Notes: generated by a model from the sequence alone, not told the origin. Positions 1 to 13,226 are shown, counted from the first letter of the whole stretch. The stretch: DNA of 63,363 nucleotides, filler included, from Octopus bimaculoides (GCF_001194135.2; 5 parts of 3 records of this genome joined end to end with filler, not necessarily neighbours in it), one strand, 5' to 3'. Made by a program: numbers and translations.

Positions 1-37
1 TATATATATGTGTGTGTGTGTGTATGTGTGTGTGTGT

Positions 38-800
38 CAGCAGCCAAATGAGACCATAATCCAAGGCCTCTGCCAGGGGTGTAGTCAGCCCACTTATGCA
101 TACCGTTCCTTCATTGGACACTAAACTCCACTTGCGAAGACCTGTTGAGGCAAGTGAAATCGAACTAAATTCGACGATTGGCACCCATGCCGACGTCTCC
201 TTCATTGGACACTAAACTCTGCTTGTGAAGACCTGTTGGGGCAAGTGAAAGTGAAATCATGATGGCACCTGTACCAGTGGAGTGCTAAGAGCACTGTCCG
301 AGTGTGATCGTTGCCAGAGCAGCTCTCTGGCTTCTGTGCCAGTGGCACGTAAATAGTACCATTTGAGCATGATCGTTACCAGCGTCGCCTTCCTGGCACA
401 TGAAAAGACACTTGAGCGAGGTCATTGCCAGTACCGCCTGACTGGCCTTTGAGCCGGTGGCACGTAAAAGCACCCATTACACTCTCGGAGTGGTNNNNNN
501 NNNNNNNNNNNNNNNNNNNNNNNNNNNNNNNNGTCGCCTTCCTGGCACATGAAAAGACACTTGAGCGAGGTCATTGCCAGTACCGCCTGACTGGCCTTTG
601 TGCCGGTGGCACGTAAAAGCACCCACTACACTCTCGGAGTGGTTGGCATTAGGAAGGGCATCCAGCTGTAGAAACTCTGCAAATCAGATTGGAGCCTGGT
701 GTTGCCATCTGGTTCACCAGTCCTCAGTCAAATCGTCCAACCCATGCTAGCATGGAAAGCGGACGTTAAACAACGATGATGATGATGATGATGATGATGA
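38..800 (+). mobile_element. RTE-clade LINE 3' UTR/tail with (GAT)n end
   Basis: Shares the terminal block (ggaagggcatccagctgtagaaac...gtccaacccatgc-agcatgga...gacgttaa + (GAT)n) with the RT-bearing copy ending at 6635. Internal tandem subrepeats at about 107-165 and 198-255. Confidence 0.8.
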
Positions 801-1489
801 TATATATATATATTTACATATATATATATATATATAGATAGTCGATTGCACTGCTACCCAATACTTATCTCTTTCTCCTTCTCCTCCACTTCCCCCTCCT
901 GACCATGATCATCACCATCACTATCATCATTTTACATCCACTTTCCCTGCTGGCATGTGTTGGGTGTGTTGACAATTTTTATTGAAAGCCATTGCTCTCA
1001 TAGGCTGGTATCCATACATGACTTGGATTTTTATGATTGGATGCACTTACTATCACTAATAATTTTACACAGAATGCTGGAGGTATTTTCTTGTGGCACT
1101 CGCATTGGAGAGGTGCCCAGTTCTTGGTGAGATAGGACTAAAGAGACCTGTCAACCCCACCCCCGCTTTCTCTACTTATTTACTATCCATTTTACAGTAT
1201 GTACTGACTGGGTGCATTTTTCAAGGTGTCACATTTGATCCTGAAAAAAGATGAGGAGTACAGTTGTTATTTATTAGGATTTGAACTCATGTACATAAAG
1301 GGCTGTAACTAAATGCCAGATGTCATTTTATACACAGTTGTACTCCTAATAGATAACAATATTTTATCATTTGCTCAAGGTATTGTTGATTAATTAAACT
1401 AACCCAGAATTTCTCTATTAACCTCAGCTGGATTTGAACTGAGAATGTACAAAAGAAAGGAAATTACGACTGCATCAGACTAGAACCTG

Positions 1490-1585
1490 TGGCAGCTTTC
1501 CTACTTGCCAGCTCTGGTCAAATCATCCAACCCATGCCAGCATAGAAAATAGACGTTAAATGATGATGATGACGATGATGATGAC
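1490..1585 (+). mobile_element. 5'-truncated RTE 3' tail
   Basis: ggtcaaatcatccaacccatgccagcatag...gacgttaaatgatgatgat matches the tails at about 740-800 and 6575-6635. Confidence 0.8.
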
Positions 1586-1799
1586 TGATTTTCAGTTATA
1601 ATAGCTTCTCTTCCTCATATGCTTTGGCTTTGTGCTACAGCCATACAGTTCTTTGTGTTATCACTCCACTAATCCCTCTCCAAGCCTTCGTATCCCTGAT
1701 GCAGCCTTGAATTCCTGAGGATGTTCGTCTGTAAATGGATCAGAGGGTCTCACTCAGGGCTCTGTGTTTTCCTTCAGAGGAGAATGAGCAGACATACAA

Positions 1800-2140
1800 A
1801 GAGACTCCCAGAGTAGTAAGTACAGCACCAAACCAGATTAAGACAAAACCACATGGTGGGAAAGACATCCTGAAGACGTAGAAGAAATATGATGAGTGTC
1901 TCTGCTAGGGTGCCTAGTCTGGTAATGAGTTGAATAGTGACAGTAACATGTCACTCAGCTTGCCAGAAATTCTGGAAGCCAACATGAGAGAAACATCTTC
2001 CCAGCAACAAGGCAGCAAGTGTCAACAACCTTCCTGTTGATTTAATGCTAACAAATAATGAGATGATAAAGATTTCACTAAGCTATATGACAACATCTTT
2101 GAGACTGGTGAATGACCTCTGGACTGGACACTCACAGTTT
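1800..2140 (+). pseudogene. Highly decayed RTE-like ORF2 relic (possible)
   Basis: Translation DKDFTKLYDNIFETGE*PLDWTL resembles the RT N-terminal motif (..IW.TGEWP.DWT..) of RTE elements. Many stops. Confidence 0.35.
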
Positions 2141-2689
2141 TATGTACTAAATTCTATTACTTTTAATTTGAAGCTTTTATGAAAGATCTTGCTAGAAGTT
2201 TTGAAATGAAATTACAATGTTGTGTACAGAACTCATACATTGAAGCAATAGATAGTTTTAGTATTTAAATACTGCAATAAATCTTTGACTGTGAGTAACT
2301 TATGATGATTGTTAATCTGTTACTGTAGATACCTAATAACTGTTGCTTCATTTGATACAAGCTACATTATCCAGTCTTGCCTTGTTTTACTTATACTTAG
2401 GCATCAGTATGAGTTTACTGTATTCTGGATAAATTACTTTAAAAAGATGTTGATAGTCTTCAGTTTTACAGGAAATGTTGATTCACTCAGATAATGTCAT
2501 TCAGGAAATCGTTCATGTTGAGCTTCATAGAAATATGCAAAGAAGTAAACAAACATTGGAACAAAAATGGCAGTGCGGTTATGAAGTTTGCATTGCAACA
2601 ATATGATTTTATGTTCAGTCCCACTCCACATTACCTTGGATGAGTGAGTTTTATCATAGCTCTGAGTTGATCAATGCCTTGAATGTGAA

Positions 2690-2935
2690 TGTGTGTGTAT
2701 GTGTGTAATTAATATGTCGTTATATTTGTGATTGTCTCCATCTCTCTCTCAGTGTTTGATGACTAATGTTGGTTTATTTATGTCCCTGTAACTCAGAACT
2801 TCAAGCAAAAATGAAACTGATAGAATAAGCACCAGACTTAAAAATGAAGGAAAATAAGTACTGGGTTTGATAAGATTAACTGAACTTTTCAAAGCGGTGC
2901 TTCCGTATGTTCAGAGTCTGATAAATGAAACCATT
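2690..2935 (+). mobile_element. SINE family A, 3' half (after its internal TG tract)
   Basis: gttggtttatttatgtccctgtaact...gatagaataagcaccagactt...aagtactggg matches 12600-12780, 17520-17680 and 59960-60125. Confidence 0.7.
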
Positions 2936-3324
2936 AAAAGCATAAATGAAAATAGAACTTAAAATACAATTTCACTCAAAACTTTTTACTTTTTCCAAGA
3001 AAAAAAAAAGCAAGACATTTTTTGCTTTCAAAATACTGTACTAATAAACACAGTTACTCTAAATAAATTATTTTGCTAATCAGTAATTTTTTTCCAATGC
3101 TTATTTCAGTGTTTGGAAATATACAATATTCATAGCTTATCTACAAGTAAATGAAATATCAGAAAAAAATAATATAGCTAATGAACTTCTTGAAAAATGT
3201 ACCCTCTGCAATATTTCAGCTACCCTGGAGTAACATTCTGGTTTACAACTTGGATATGCAAACCTTCACTTACATCTTTTGTTCCTCATTTTGGCACAAG
3301 GCCATAAATTCCAAGAGGAGAGAG

Positions 3325-3730
3325 TTACTTGATACCACTGACCTCAGCACTTGATAACAGTATGGTATGTTATCAACCTTGGAGAGATGAAAGATAAAGT
3401 TGATCTCAGCAGGATTTGAACTCAGAATATAAAAAGCAGGAAGAAATACCACAAGGCATTTTTTTTCTCCCATCACTCTAATGATTATGTCAGTTGGCAG
3501 CTTTTTATATACTGGTTTCAAATTTTGGCACCAGTCCAACAGTTTTAAGGGAAGGGGAAAGTTGATTCCATAGACCCCAATGAATCAACTGGTATTTATT
3601 TCATCAACCCTGGAAGGATGAAGAGCAAAGTTGAGCTCGGCAGAATTTTAACTCGGTACATAAGAATGGATGAAATGCTGCTTAGCATTTTGCCTGGCGT
3701 GTTAATGATTCTGCTAGCTTGCTGCCTTAG
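3325..3730 (-). mobile_element. Two tandem Meta-domain-like tRNA SINEs (family B)
   Basis: Plus strand reads actggtatttattt-atcaacc...ggatgaa...aaagttga...gaatt-aactc. The reverse complement resembles the Meta/Sauria SINE core (GTCGACT..GCCTTTCATCC...GGTCGATAAA..AGTACCAG). Confidence 0.75.
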
Positions 3731-4199
3731 CTTTTTATATACTAACAAGAAAAAAAAAAAGAAGAAAAATATTACTCACTGATGTTTCTTTTATGGAAGA
3801 CCTTGATAGAGAACTTCACTCTTATATTCTGACAGCTGTCAAGATGCCTTATGACTGTAAAGTCTTCCATATTAATGAACTGTGTAACTGTAATGCATAT
3901 ATGCAACAGATGAAGCTACTGTATAATGTAAAACTTGTTATATTTCTATGTTTTTCACTGAAGCAGTTTATTCAGACTGATGAGATTTTTTTTGGTAATG
4001 GTGAAACCAACATCTGTTATGCAGTAGAATTAATCAACCAAATAGCGAGGTCCCATTAATGATTAACAGCCAAAGGCTGTTTATAGTCTTAGATGGTAGC
4101 AGACATTGACTTTATAATTCTTGATTCAGAAGGATGTCTAACATTTTCCTATCAATAATATAGTATTTAATTTTGTATTTTTGTATTATTTGCATGGGA

Positions 4200-4620
4200 T
4201 GTTATTGCAAAAGCAATCATTGCGTCTGAACTTACAGTGCCCTGCGAAGACAGACACGATATTTCTCACCATCTGAAAAAGAACAAAAACAAAAAAAAAA
4301 GCAATTATCAGAACTTAGTCAACGAGACCCTTGTCAAGGGATGGCATACAGTTTCATCCCTTACTGAAGTCAGCTGGATTACTGTATTATGCTATTTTCT
4401 GCAGAAAGTATCTCTGGAACTGGGACAAATGAAGAAAGCCACCAAGAAGCTAGACATAGAAGCTCACGGTGGTTGTGGATGACAAAAGACCACAGGTGGA
4501 ACCTTTCTGTAGGTGAAGACTAATTCAGTCCTTCTTGCTCTACTCAGATGAAGCATACAGCCTCAAGGGCTGAATGTTTGTGACCCTTAGGTACTTGCTA
4601 ATGATTTCAAAGTGATTCCA
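4200..4620 (+). mobile_element. HERO-like (REL endonuclease) non-LTR retrotransposon 3' relic
   Basis: ELTVPCED...K..YQNLVNE...GW...EV...MKKATKKL...WWLW resembles the C-terminal restriction-like endonuclease of HERO/NeSL-type elements (ELTVPWE...KY..L....GW...EVGCRG). Recognised from memory, not aligned. Confidence 0.6.
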
Positions 4621-4998
4621 ATACTGCAATGGATTCAAAAGAAGAGCTTGCAATACGTCTGAGGAGCTCTATGGCAATTTCTGTGTGAGGCAAAGCATCT
4701 GCAATGCTCGTTTCACCCTATTCTTCTGACTGTCTCCATTTTGTAGTCCAGTTTACTTTGTTTACCTTTCCATGAAACAGTAATTATCTGTTGCTGATTG
4801 TAAGTGATGGACTGGATGTTTAAATCTAGTTAAAGTTTACTGTTCTGTATTTTATTCATGGCAAGAGATTTTTCTCCCATCAGTTTACACCAGTGTACAC
4901 AACTGCGAATACACTCATGCACACACCTTCACTTATGTTATATGCTTACACTCACACACACGTTCCCACACAATCCAATACAAGAAAACAAATGTAAA

Positions 4999-5080
4999 AG
5001 GATGATGATGATGATGATGATGATGACGACGACGACGACGATGACGACAATGACGATGATGACAATGATGATAATGATAC
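4999..5080. repeat. (GAT/GAC)n microsatellite
   Basis: Direct reading. Confidence 0.95.
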
Positions 5081-5347
5081 ACACACACTCTAATATGATG
5101 GCTTCATGCACACTTTCTACCTGACAGCCCTCCACTTAATAATAAGGTAGTTATCAAAGCCAGGCTATGGTAGAAGCCACTTACCTAAGGCATTGCAGAA
5201 TGGCATTAAACACAAACAAAAAAACTACATGATTAGGACCCTAGATCCTTAACCAGAAAGCCTCACCTGTATCTGCTTTGAAATCGCCATCAGCTAGCAG
5301 GATGCATGGCTGCTCTTAAATACAGGGATCCTCCCTGGTGACCCTCC

Positions 5348-6635
5348 CTTAGTTAGTAGGAAGGTTGACAAATCACAAATCCCTTCATGTAGATGGTCCT
5401 GCTTGATCTGTAGAAAAAGTGTAGGTAGTAACTCTGTAAGATGCACCTGGTGTAAGCTTTGACCTGATAAATGGTACAGCAATATCAGAGGAAGGTTAAC
5501 AGAGAAAATAGCTTTTGTGTGTGGTAGATGCACAAGTACAATAAACACCGAAAATGTGCAGAAAATAGGCTCCATCATCTGTCGTGGGGTTAAGCTAGAG
5601 GTAGTAGACAGCTTTTGTTACCTAGGTGTTCAAGTCAGTACCAAAGGTGGATGCTCTAAAAGCATAGCTGTCAGAATAAGATTAATCTGGGCAAAGTTTT
5701 GATAGCTCCTGCCTCTGCTGGCAACAAAGGGCCTCTCTCTCAGAGTGAATGGCAGATTGTTTGACGCCTGTGTGTGAACAGCTATGCTACATAGCAATGA
5801 GACATGGGCTGTGACAGCTGATGACATGCGTAGGCTTGAAAGAAATGAAGCCTGTATTATGCTTTGCTGGATGTGCAATGTCAGTGTGCATGCTTGACAG
5901 AGTGTAAGCATCTTCAGAGAAAAGTTAAGCATAAGAGGCATCAGATGTGGTGAGGAAGAGAAACGAATGCATTGGTATGGTCATGTGATGCATATGGATG
6001 AGGGCATCTGTGTAAAGAAGTGCTGATCCCTAACTGTGGAAGGAACCTGTGGTAGAGATAGACCTAGGAAGACATGGAATGAGGTGTTGAAACATGATCT
6101 CCAAACTTTGGGCCTCACATAGGCCATGACTAGTGACTGAGACCTTTGGCAATATGCTGTGCTTGAGAAGACCCATCAAGTCAAGTTAAAACACAGTCTT
6201 GGCTGATGCTGGTGTCACATAACCAGCCCCCATACAGGTGGAAGGTAAAAAGCACCTTTCGAGCATTGGACCTCATGGAGATAAGGCCCGAGACCATTTG
6301 ATATTATGTTGTCCTTCAAGTGTTGAGCCTCATAGAGGCACTGACTGAGTCCATTTGACGTTATGCTGTGGTTGAGAAGACCCATCAAGCCAAGTAAAGC
6401 CACAATTGTGGCAGATATTGGTGTTTTGCAAATGGCACCTATGCTGGTGTCACATAAAAGCACCCATTACACTCTGTAAAGTGGTTGGCATCAGGAAGGG
6501 CACCCAGCTGTAGAAACCATGCCAAAACAGACTGGAGTTTGGTGTAGCCTTCCAGGTTGCCAGCCCTGGTCAAATCGTCCAACCCATGCCAGCATGGACA
6601 GCAGACGTTAAATGATGATGATGGTGATGATGATG
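5348..6635 (+). mobile_element. Degenerate RTE-clade LINE, 3' part of ORF2 plus 3' UTR
   Basis: LEVVDSFCYLG, RIRLIWAKF, R.HWYGHV and RPRKTW motifs with stops and frameshifts. Cys-rich PHD-like segment at about 5395-5530. Tandem UTR subrepeats and a (GAT)n tail. Confidence 0.9.
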
Positions 6636-7379
6636 ATACAGTGTACTCTATCGAATGAATGAATGAATGAAACAACAAACATACTCGTATTATACAGAGA
6701 ACACCATCGTCCATTTATGTGTTCTGTATTAAAGGACACATGGATTTGAAAGCAGCATCCTTTAAGAATAATTGCAAAAACTGGAAATATACAGAAGTAT
6801 ATAGAAGTTAAGGCTTCTGTTAAAGCTTTCAATAATAACATTGGCAAATTACATATTAAAGAAACAGAATGGAATAGGTTTCTGTAACTGCAGGTTAAAG
6901 TGCTGGGAATTTCTTGACTGTTAGAAGCTTATTGCAAGAGTTTAACACTGCAGCCCATCCATCTCAGCATTTCTATTTCTTTTATACTACTGTTTGGGTT
7001 GTTTGCTATCCAGCTCACATTTCTAATTCACATTTCAGATTAGGGCCTGTTAAATTTGACATCTTGAACAAATATAATAATTTTTTTCCCAAGCTTTGTA
7101 TCAATGCATCTCAGAAGGACACTTAATCTTACATACTCAAGATTCCTAGCTGTCAATGACAATAGATGTGTATGCCATAGTTGCCAGTATTCAGATGATG
7201 GATCAGGGCAGTTATAGGGGGTGCTTTATTGAAGCGGCAGTTCTCTACAAATGAATTATCTTGAAAAATGAGAAACCAAATGGATACAGTTGTTCTTCAA
7301 ATGTTTCAATTTTGGATTAGTTTTCTTATGGTCAAGTATAAAACAAAACCTACAAGTCTGATTATAAATTTTATATCAA

Positions 7380-7610
7380 CATTGGAGTGAAATGGATGGC
7401 AGAATGCTGGGTTAAGAGTGAAACATTACCTCCCTGAGTCACAAGGGCCAATTTCCTGGTTTCCATGATGTATAAATTCTCCACCTGTATGGCACACCAG
7501 TCTGCCACAGGATTACTAATTTCACATTGCAGGTCCAGGAATCGAAACCACAATCTTATAGCCATGGGTCTAACACCCTAACCACTAAGCCATGTGCCTC
7601 CACAGAGTGT
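7380..7610 (-). mobile_element. tRNA-derived SINE (family C-like)
   Basis: The reverse complement starts ggaggcacatggcttagtggttagggtgttag...gtttcgattcc (Pol III A/B boxes). Confidence 0.65.
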
Positions 7611-7829
7611 TGGGTAACATGTCTTTCTATATTTGGTTTTGTTCTTTTATGTTCTGAATTAATGTTTCACCCTGGTTGACTTAGCATGTCTTTCATGCAA
7701 AATTTAAAAAAAATAATTTCCAGTTCAATCAAGAATTGTAAAGCAAATTAAATAGTCTTGAATCATGGGCATCACAAGGCCCATTACTTAGTTTCCATGG
7801 CATATAAGTAACCGAGTTCACAGCATTTT

Positions 7830-7985
7830 CCCTGAGCTGGACACTTGTTTACAACTGGGTTCACTGGAGCAATGTGAAATGAAGTGTTTTGCTCAAGAAC
7901 ACAAAGGACCACTCAGTCCAGTAATTGAAACTATGTGCTTGTGACTGTGATTGCAACACCCTAACCACTAGACCATCCACTTTCA
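7830..7985 (-). mobile_element. tRNA-derived SINE fragment (family C)
   Basis: The reverse complement has ggtctagtggttagggtg...tgtgttcttgagcaaaacacttcatttcacattgctccagt, shared with 18010-18110, 20060-20115 and 22313-22430. Confidence 0.7.
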
Positions 7986-8092
7986 CAGTAATGTATTGAG
8001 GTTGGTATATGATTAACTGTACTGTTGGGGGAAGTGCTCCATCATGACTACAGTCCAATTACAGAAACACTGACACCACCAAGGCTGGCTAG

Positions 8093-8383
8093 CAGCTCTG
8101 GATTAGCCATTAAGCAAAATAAGCACGTGCATCAAGGGGGGCACCACAGAAATGGTAAATGGTTTACAGCACAAAAGAAATCACTCTAAACTTGCTAAAA
8201 TAATATTAGGATGTCTTTATCTCTACTAAGTATAGATGTAGATGTACTGTTTTGTTTCACTTTGAAAAATAGAAATATATTTTATGGTTTGTTATTGTTT
8301 ATATTTTCAATTACATAATCTTTTATGGGGGCACCAAAATCTTTTAAGTGCTTAGGGCCCCGATTGGTCTTAATCCATCCCTG
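8093..8383. mobile_element. hAT-type MITE
   Basis: Imperfect TIRs cagctctggatta / taatccatccctg. The 8-bp flanks ctggctag / ctggtcag (6/8) are consistent with a decayed TSD. Confidence 0.6.
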
Positions 8384-8864
8384 CTGGTCAGACAGCAAAA
8401 ATTGCACTATTTTGATGACATTATCTGGGTACAAAAGCCTTTATGCCAGGGGCATATATTCTGGGTGTATTATCTGTGCTCCGCACACCTATCAAAAGTG
8501 GCAAATTCATTATAAATGTTAACCTTACTCATTAATTTAATCATAAATCTTAATGGAAAACTTTTGTTATTCCCCTGATTGAAATTTGGTGTCACTGCTT
8601 TGTGCCCATATTCTTGAGGGCTAAAAGAATGGAAAATGAGGTCCCAAAAAGAAATGTAAATTTTATTTGCACTATATTGTTTAGTAATATGCTTGAAACC
8701 CTAGCGCAATGACATACTATTATATATTGCAAATTATACTGAATACGAAACTACATAATATGGGAATTCCAGCAGGCCAGTCAGTAACCCAAATATAACC
8801 AAAACAGGGCCGTAGTGTTTTGCTGCTGCTGCTAGAATGGAAAACTTTCTATATAATTATTTTA

Positions 8865-10500
8865 ATAGGCTGATGCGAGAATAAAGGCTTTATTAGGAAT
8901 AGTTCAACAAGACAACAATCTTTATATTATACTTGATAAAAATATTATTGATAGCAGAAACAAGAGGCTCAAATATTCTGATAAGGCCTTGGCAATTATA
9001 TGATGCACTAAAAGAACTTGGCATTTTCTGCTTGAGGACAAATTTCAATTGGTGTCAGGTCAAAAGTTACCAGAATTTACTTTCAGCAACAATTTTGGTT
9101 TATCAAAATTAACATCTGAACATATCATAAAGAGGCTTTACAAAGAATAACATTTGATTACAAAATCTTTTATGTAAAGTGACCTGAAATACCACGTACT
9201 AATGCATGCATTGGTGTGAATTTAATTAATTTTGGTTCATATAATTGTAACTATAATGATGATGATGATAATTTTGTTTCTGTCCATCTCTTTTAGAAAC
9301 TGTTATGAAATATGAAAACATATAGAATTGAAAACTACTAGAGATAATATTTTATCTGGCACATTGAAAAGAATTTTTAATAACAACTGAACCAATTGTT
9401 TTGTTGTTGAAAGACTATTTACACTATTGAAAAATAAGTTGGATGCTGAAGGTGGCATCTTATGTAATGGAGAAATAGATGTTCTACTAACCTGATTGAG
9501 TGCATTCATAAAATCTGTGCATGTGACGTACATTGTGGATCAGATGCAACAAAGAATTGATTGAAATTAAAAGCATTGTGGTCAAATTACTGTAAAGATG
9601 TAGAATGATATGTAAGATTCTAACGTGTTTAGAATAAAACTAATGTTATCTCCTTTAGAGCACAAACAACCCGAAAAAATACAAAACAGAATTTAAGTTG
9701 GATATATGTGCATATGAATCATGCTTTATGTGAAGGATTTAGGACTATTCTCACTTATTGTTGCACATTCTCGGTGGCCAGAAGCAATAAGAGTTATGAA
9801 TAAAGAAGCAGAAACAGTTGAAGAGATTTTAAGAAATGTGTCTTGAATAATCGGTGTATTGGAAACATTAATTTTTGACAATGCCTGGGAATTTCATATT
9901 AACTTATGTACATGGTTTAATAAGATTATATGACTCCATGAAAACATCTCTATAACATTCAGAATCAAACGGAATTGCTGAAAGAACGGCCACAAGTGTT
10001 AAAATGGGATTAGAGTATATTTATCAAATAAAGGTTTTATGAATGCGTATTTGAGCTGCGTGCTTCTGAGTTATTGGAAAATCCTTCACTTAGGAAGACA
10101 TCTTAGTCTATCTGCTTTGATGGGCATACAATAGCGATCACTAATAACAATGTCTTATGAAACTGCAGCTCGATTTTGGTATCGATGCAGAAGAAATGAT
10201 GAACCATAACAAGCAAGATTTATATCTCGAGCAGGTAATAATGTGGCCGTAATTGTTAAGGGTGAACAGGGTATGCTGGTTCGTTCAGATCAAATAAATG
10301 ACAATGACACAAATATTGATTGTGAGCAAAATGTAGAATCGGTCCCTGCAGCTTTAAATAATAATCTGGATTCTATGAATAATTGTTATTTGATAACTGA
10401 TGCAGGAGCAAAGATAGCAAATGGTATTGGATGCAGTTCTCAAATAAGGAAAGGAATTAAACCAGTTCATTTCCCTGGAGATGTGGCTTTGTTATTATGC
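8865..10500 (+). mobile_element. Ancient Ty3/Gypsy pol relic (RNase H + integrase)
   Basis: RNase H: ADARIKALLGIVQQ...DKALAII*CTKRTWHFLLEDKF. Integrase: HCGSDATKN..LWSNYCKDVE (zinc finger), RWPEAIRV..ETLIFDNAWEF and SESNGIAER (DDE core). Many stops and frameshifts. Confidence 0.85.
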
Positions 10501-11698
10501 TAATATTATTGTAGCATTGCATGCATATTACATGCTTACATGCCATGGTAACTGTTTAACATGGTTACTAGTTTAATGCCAGGGAGCTTAGCTACTCCAC
10601 TGAGTAACGTTTCTGTTGGTGAATTTTAGAGAGCAGCTGATTTACTTGGATAAACACCTTNNNNNNNNNNNNNNNNNNNNNNNNNNNNNNNNNNNNNNNN
10701 NNNNNNNNNNNNNNNNNNNNNNNNNNNNNNNNNNNNNNNNNNNNNNNNNNNNNNNNNNNNNNNNNNNNNNNNNNNNNNNNNNNNNNNNNNNNNNNNNNNN
10801 NNNNNNNNNNNNNNNNNNNNNNNNNNNNNNNNNNNNNNNNNNNNNNNNNNNNNNNNNNNNNNNNNNNNNNNNNNNNNNNNNNNNNNNNNNNNNNNNNNNN
10901 NNNNNNNNNNNNNNNNNNNNNNNNNNNNNNNNNNNNNNNNNNNNNNNNNNNNNNNNNNNNNNNNNNNNNNNNNNNNNNNNNNNNNNNNNNNNNNNNNNNN
11001 NNNNNNNNNNNNNNNNNNNNNNNNNNNNNNNNNNNNNNNNNNNNNNNNNNNNNNNNNNNNNNNNNNNNNNNNNNNNNNNNNNNNNNNNNNNNNNNNNNNN
11101 NNNNNNNNNNNNNNNNNNNNNNNNNNNNNNNNNNNNNNNNNNNNNNNNNNNNNNNNNNNNNNNNNNNNNNNNNNNNNNNNNNNNNNNNNNNNNNNNNNNN
11201 NNNNNNNNNNNNNNNNNNNNNNNNNNNNNNNNNNNNNNNNNNNNNNNNNNNNNNNNNNNNNNNNNNNNNNNNNNNNNNNNNNNNNNNNNNNNNNNNNNNN
11301 NNNNNNNNNNNNNNNNNNNNNNNNNNNNNNNNNNNNNNNNNNNNNNNNNNNNNNNNNNNNNNNNNNNNNNNNNNNNNNNNNNNNNNNNNNNNNNNNNNNN
11401 NNNNNNNNNNNNNNNNNNNNNNNNNNNNNNNNNNNNNNNNNNNNNNNNNNNNNNNNNNNNNNNNNNNNNNNNNNNNNNNNNNNNNNNNNNNNNNNNNNNN
11501 NNNNNNNNNNCGTTTCTGTTGGTGAATTTTAGAGAGCAGCTGATTTACTTGGATAAACACCTTAAAACCTAACATATGATTATATATGCACCACACAACA
11601 TTTTTAAGGTAATTCAAAATGTAAGTTAAAATTTTTTTTAGTAAATATATCATTTACTAAATCTTTTAGAAATTTACTCATTTTTTAGGAAAAAGGTA

Positions 11699-11850
11699 GG
11701 GCTATGCGGTAAGAAGCTTGCTTCCCAACCACGTGGTTCCCAGTTCAGTCCCACTGCATGGCAGCTTGGGCAAGAGTCTTCCACAATAGATTCAGGCCTT
11801 GTGGATAGCTTTCGTAGGAGGAAACTGAAAAACGTCCATCGTATACAAAC

Positions 11851-11899
<49 letters not shown>

Positions 11900-12493
11900 C
11901 TTATGTGTGTGTGTGTGTCTGTGTTTGTACCCCAACCATCACTTGACGACCAGTNNNNNNNNNNNNNNNNNNNNNNNNNNNNNNNNNNNNNNNNNNNNNN
12001 NNNNNNNNNNNNNNNNNNNNNNNNNNNNNNNNNNNNNNNNNNNNNNNNNNNNNNNNNNNNNNNNNNNNNNNNNNNNNNNNNNNNNNNNNNNNNNNNNNNN
12101 NNNNNNNNNNNNNNNNNNNNNNNNNNNNNNNNNNNNNNNNNNNNNNNNNNNNNNNNNNNNNNNNNNNNNNNNNNNNNNNNNNNNNNNNNNNNNNNNNNNN
12201 NNNNNNNNNNNNNNNNNNNNNNNNNNNNNNNNNNNNNNNNNNNNNNNNNNNNNNNNNNNNNNNNNNNNNNNNNNNNNNNNNNNNNNNNNNNNNNNNNNNN
12301 NNNNNNNNNNNNNNNNNNNNNNNNNNNNNNNNNNNNNNNNNNNNNNNNNNNNNNNNNNNNNNNNNNNNNNNNNNNNNNNNNNNNNNNNNNNNNNNNNNNN
12401 NNNNNNNNNNNNNNNNNNNNNNNNNNNNNNNNNNNNNNNNNNNNNNNNNNNNNNNNNNNNNNNNNNNNNNNNNNNNNNNNNNNNNNNNNNNNN

Positions 12494-12553
<60 letters not shown>

Positions 12554-12785
12554 CTTATGTGTGTGTGTGTGTCTGTGTTTGTACCCCAACCATCACTTGA
12601 CGACCAGTATTGGTGAGTTTACATCCCTGTAAGTTAGAGGTTTATCAAAAGAGACCCACAGAATATGTACTATGCTTACAAAGAATAAGTCCTGGGGTTG
12701 ATTTCTTTGACTAAAAGGCCCCTTTAACGTGGTGCTCCAGCATGGCCATAGTCAAATGACTGAAACAAGTAAAAGAAAAGAATAA
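11699..12785 (+). mobile_element. SINE family A (tRNA head, CORE-like centre, internal TA/TG microsatellite, 3' tail) spanning a gap
   Basis: Head gcggtaagaagcttgcttcccaaccac-tggttc...gttcagtcc, cttgggcaag motif, internal (TA)n(TG)n, tail gtggtgctccagcatggcca-agtcaaatgactgaaac. Confidence 0.8.
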
Positions 12786-12897
12786 AATAATATAATTAAA
12801 AATGAATCTATAATTAAAATATAAATGACTTGGTAAACAAAATTGTTTCCCTAAGGGGTTTATTTTGCATTGAGTAAAAAAATTCACCAGTCTAAAC

Positions 12898-13226
12898 CAG
12901 TGGTTCTCAACTGGGGTCGATATGGACCCTCAGGGTCCATATAAGATTTTTGGGTGTCCATGCTACAAAATAATGAATTGGGGATTCACAACAATATTAT
13001 AAGGGCTCCTGAAAATTTTTTACTTTAGATGTATGTATTGCAAGATATGATGAGGTTTCTTTTACTTAGTTCATCCTACACAAATTAATGTGTGAAAAAC
13101 AAAATAGGAATTTTGAAAGAAGTATCTATATAACTAGTTTTTCAACATCGAATGGCTATGGGTGTCTACCAGAATAAAATAGTAATCAAAGGGGTCCATA
13201 GATAAAAAAATGTTTGAGAACCTCTG
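12898..13226. mobile_element. hAT-Charlie-type MITE (329 bp)
   Basis: TIRs cagtggttctcaac / gtttgagaacctctg. Flanks gtctaaac / atctaaat fit an 8-bp TSD of NTCTARAN type. Confidence 0.8.

Noticed and set aside
384-643. Apparent ~110-bp tandem duplication around a short gap
   Set aside because: Typical unmerged contig-end overlap. Two mismatches suggest haplotypes, so it is not counted as a real duplication.
3972-4010. Hammerhead ribozyme core (CTGATGA...GAAAC); similar at about 5817 and 62650
   Set aside because: No pairing for stems I-III around the core.
10608-12605. Duplicated sequence either side of gaps (10608-10660 = 11511-11563; about 11849-11954 = 12494-12605)
   Set aside because: Gap-flank overlaps; the gaps may be spurious or over-sized.
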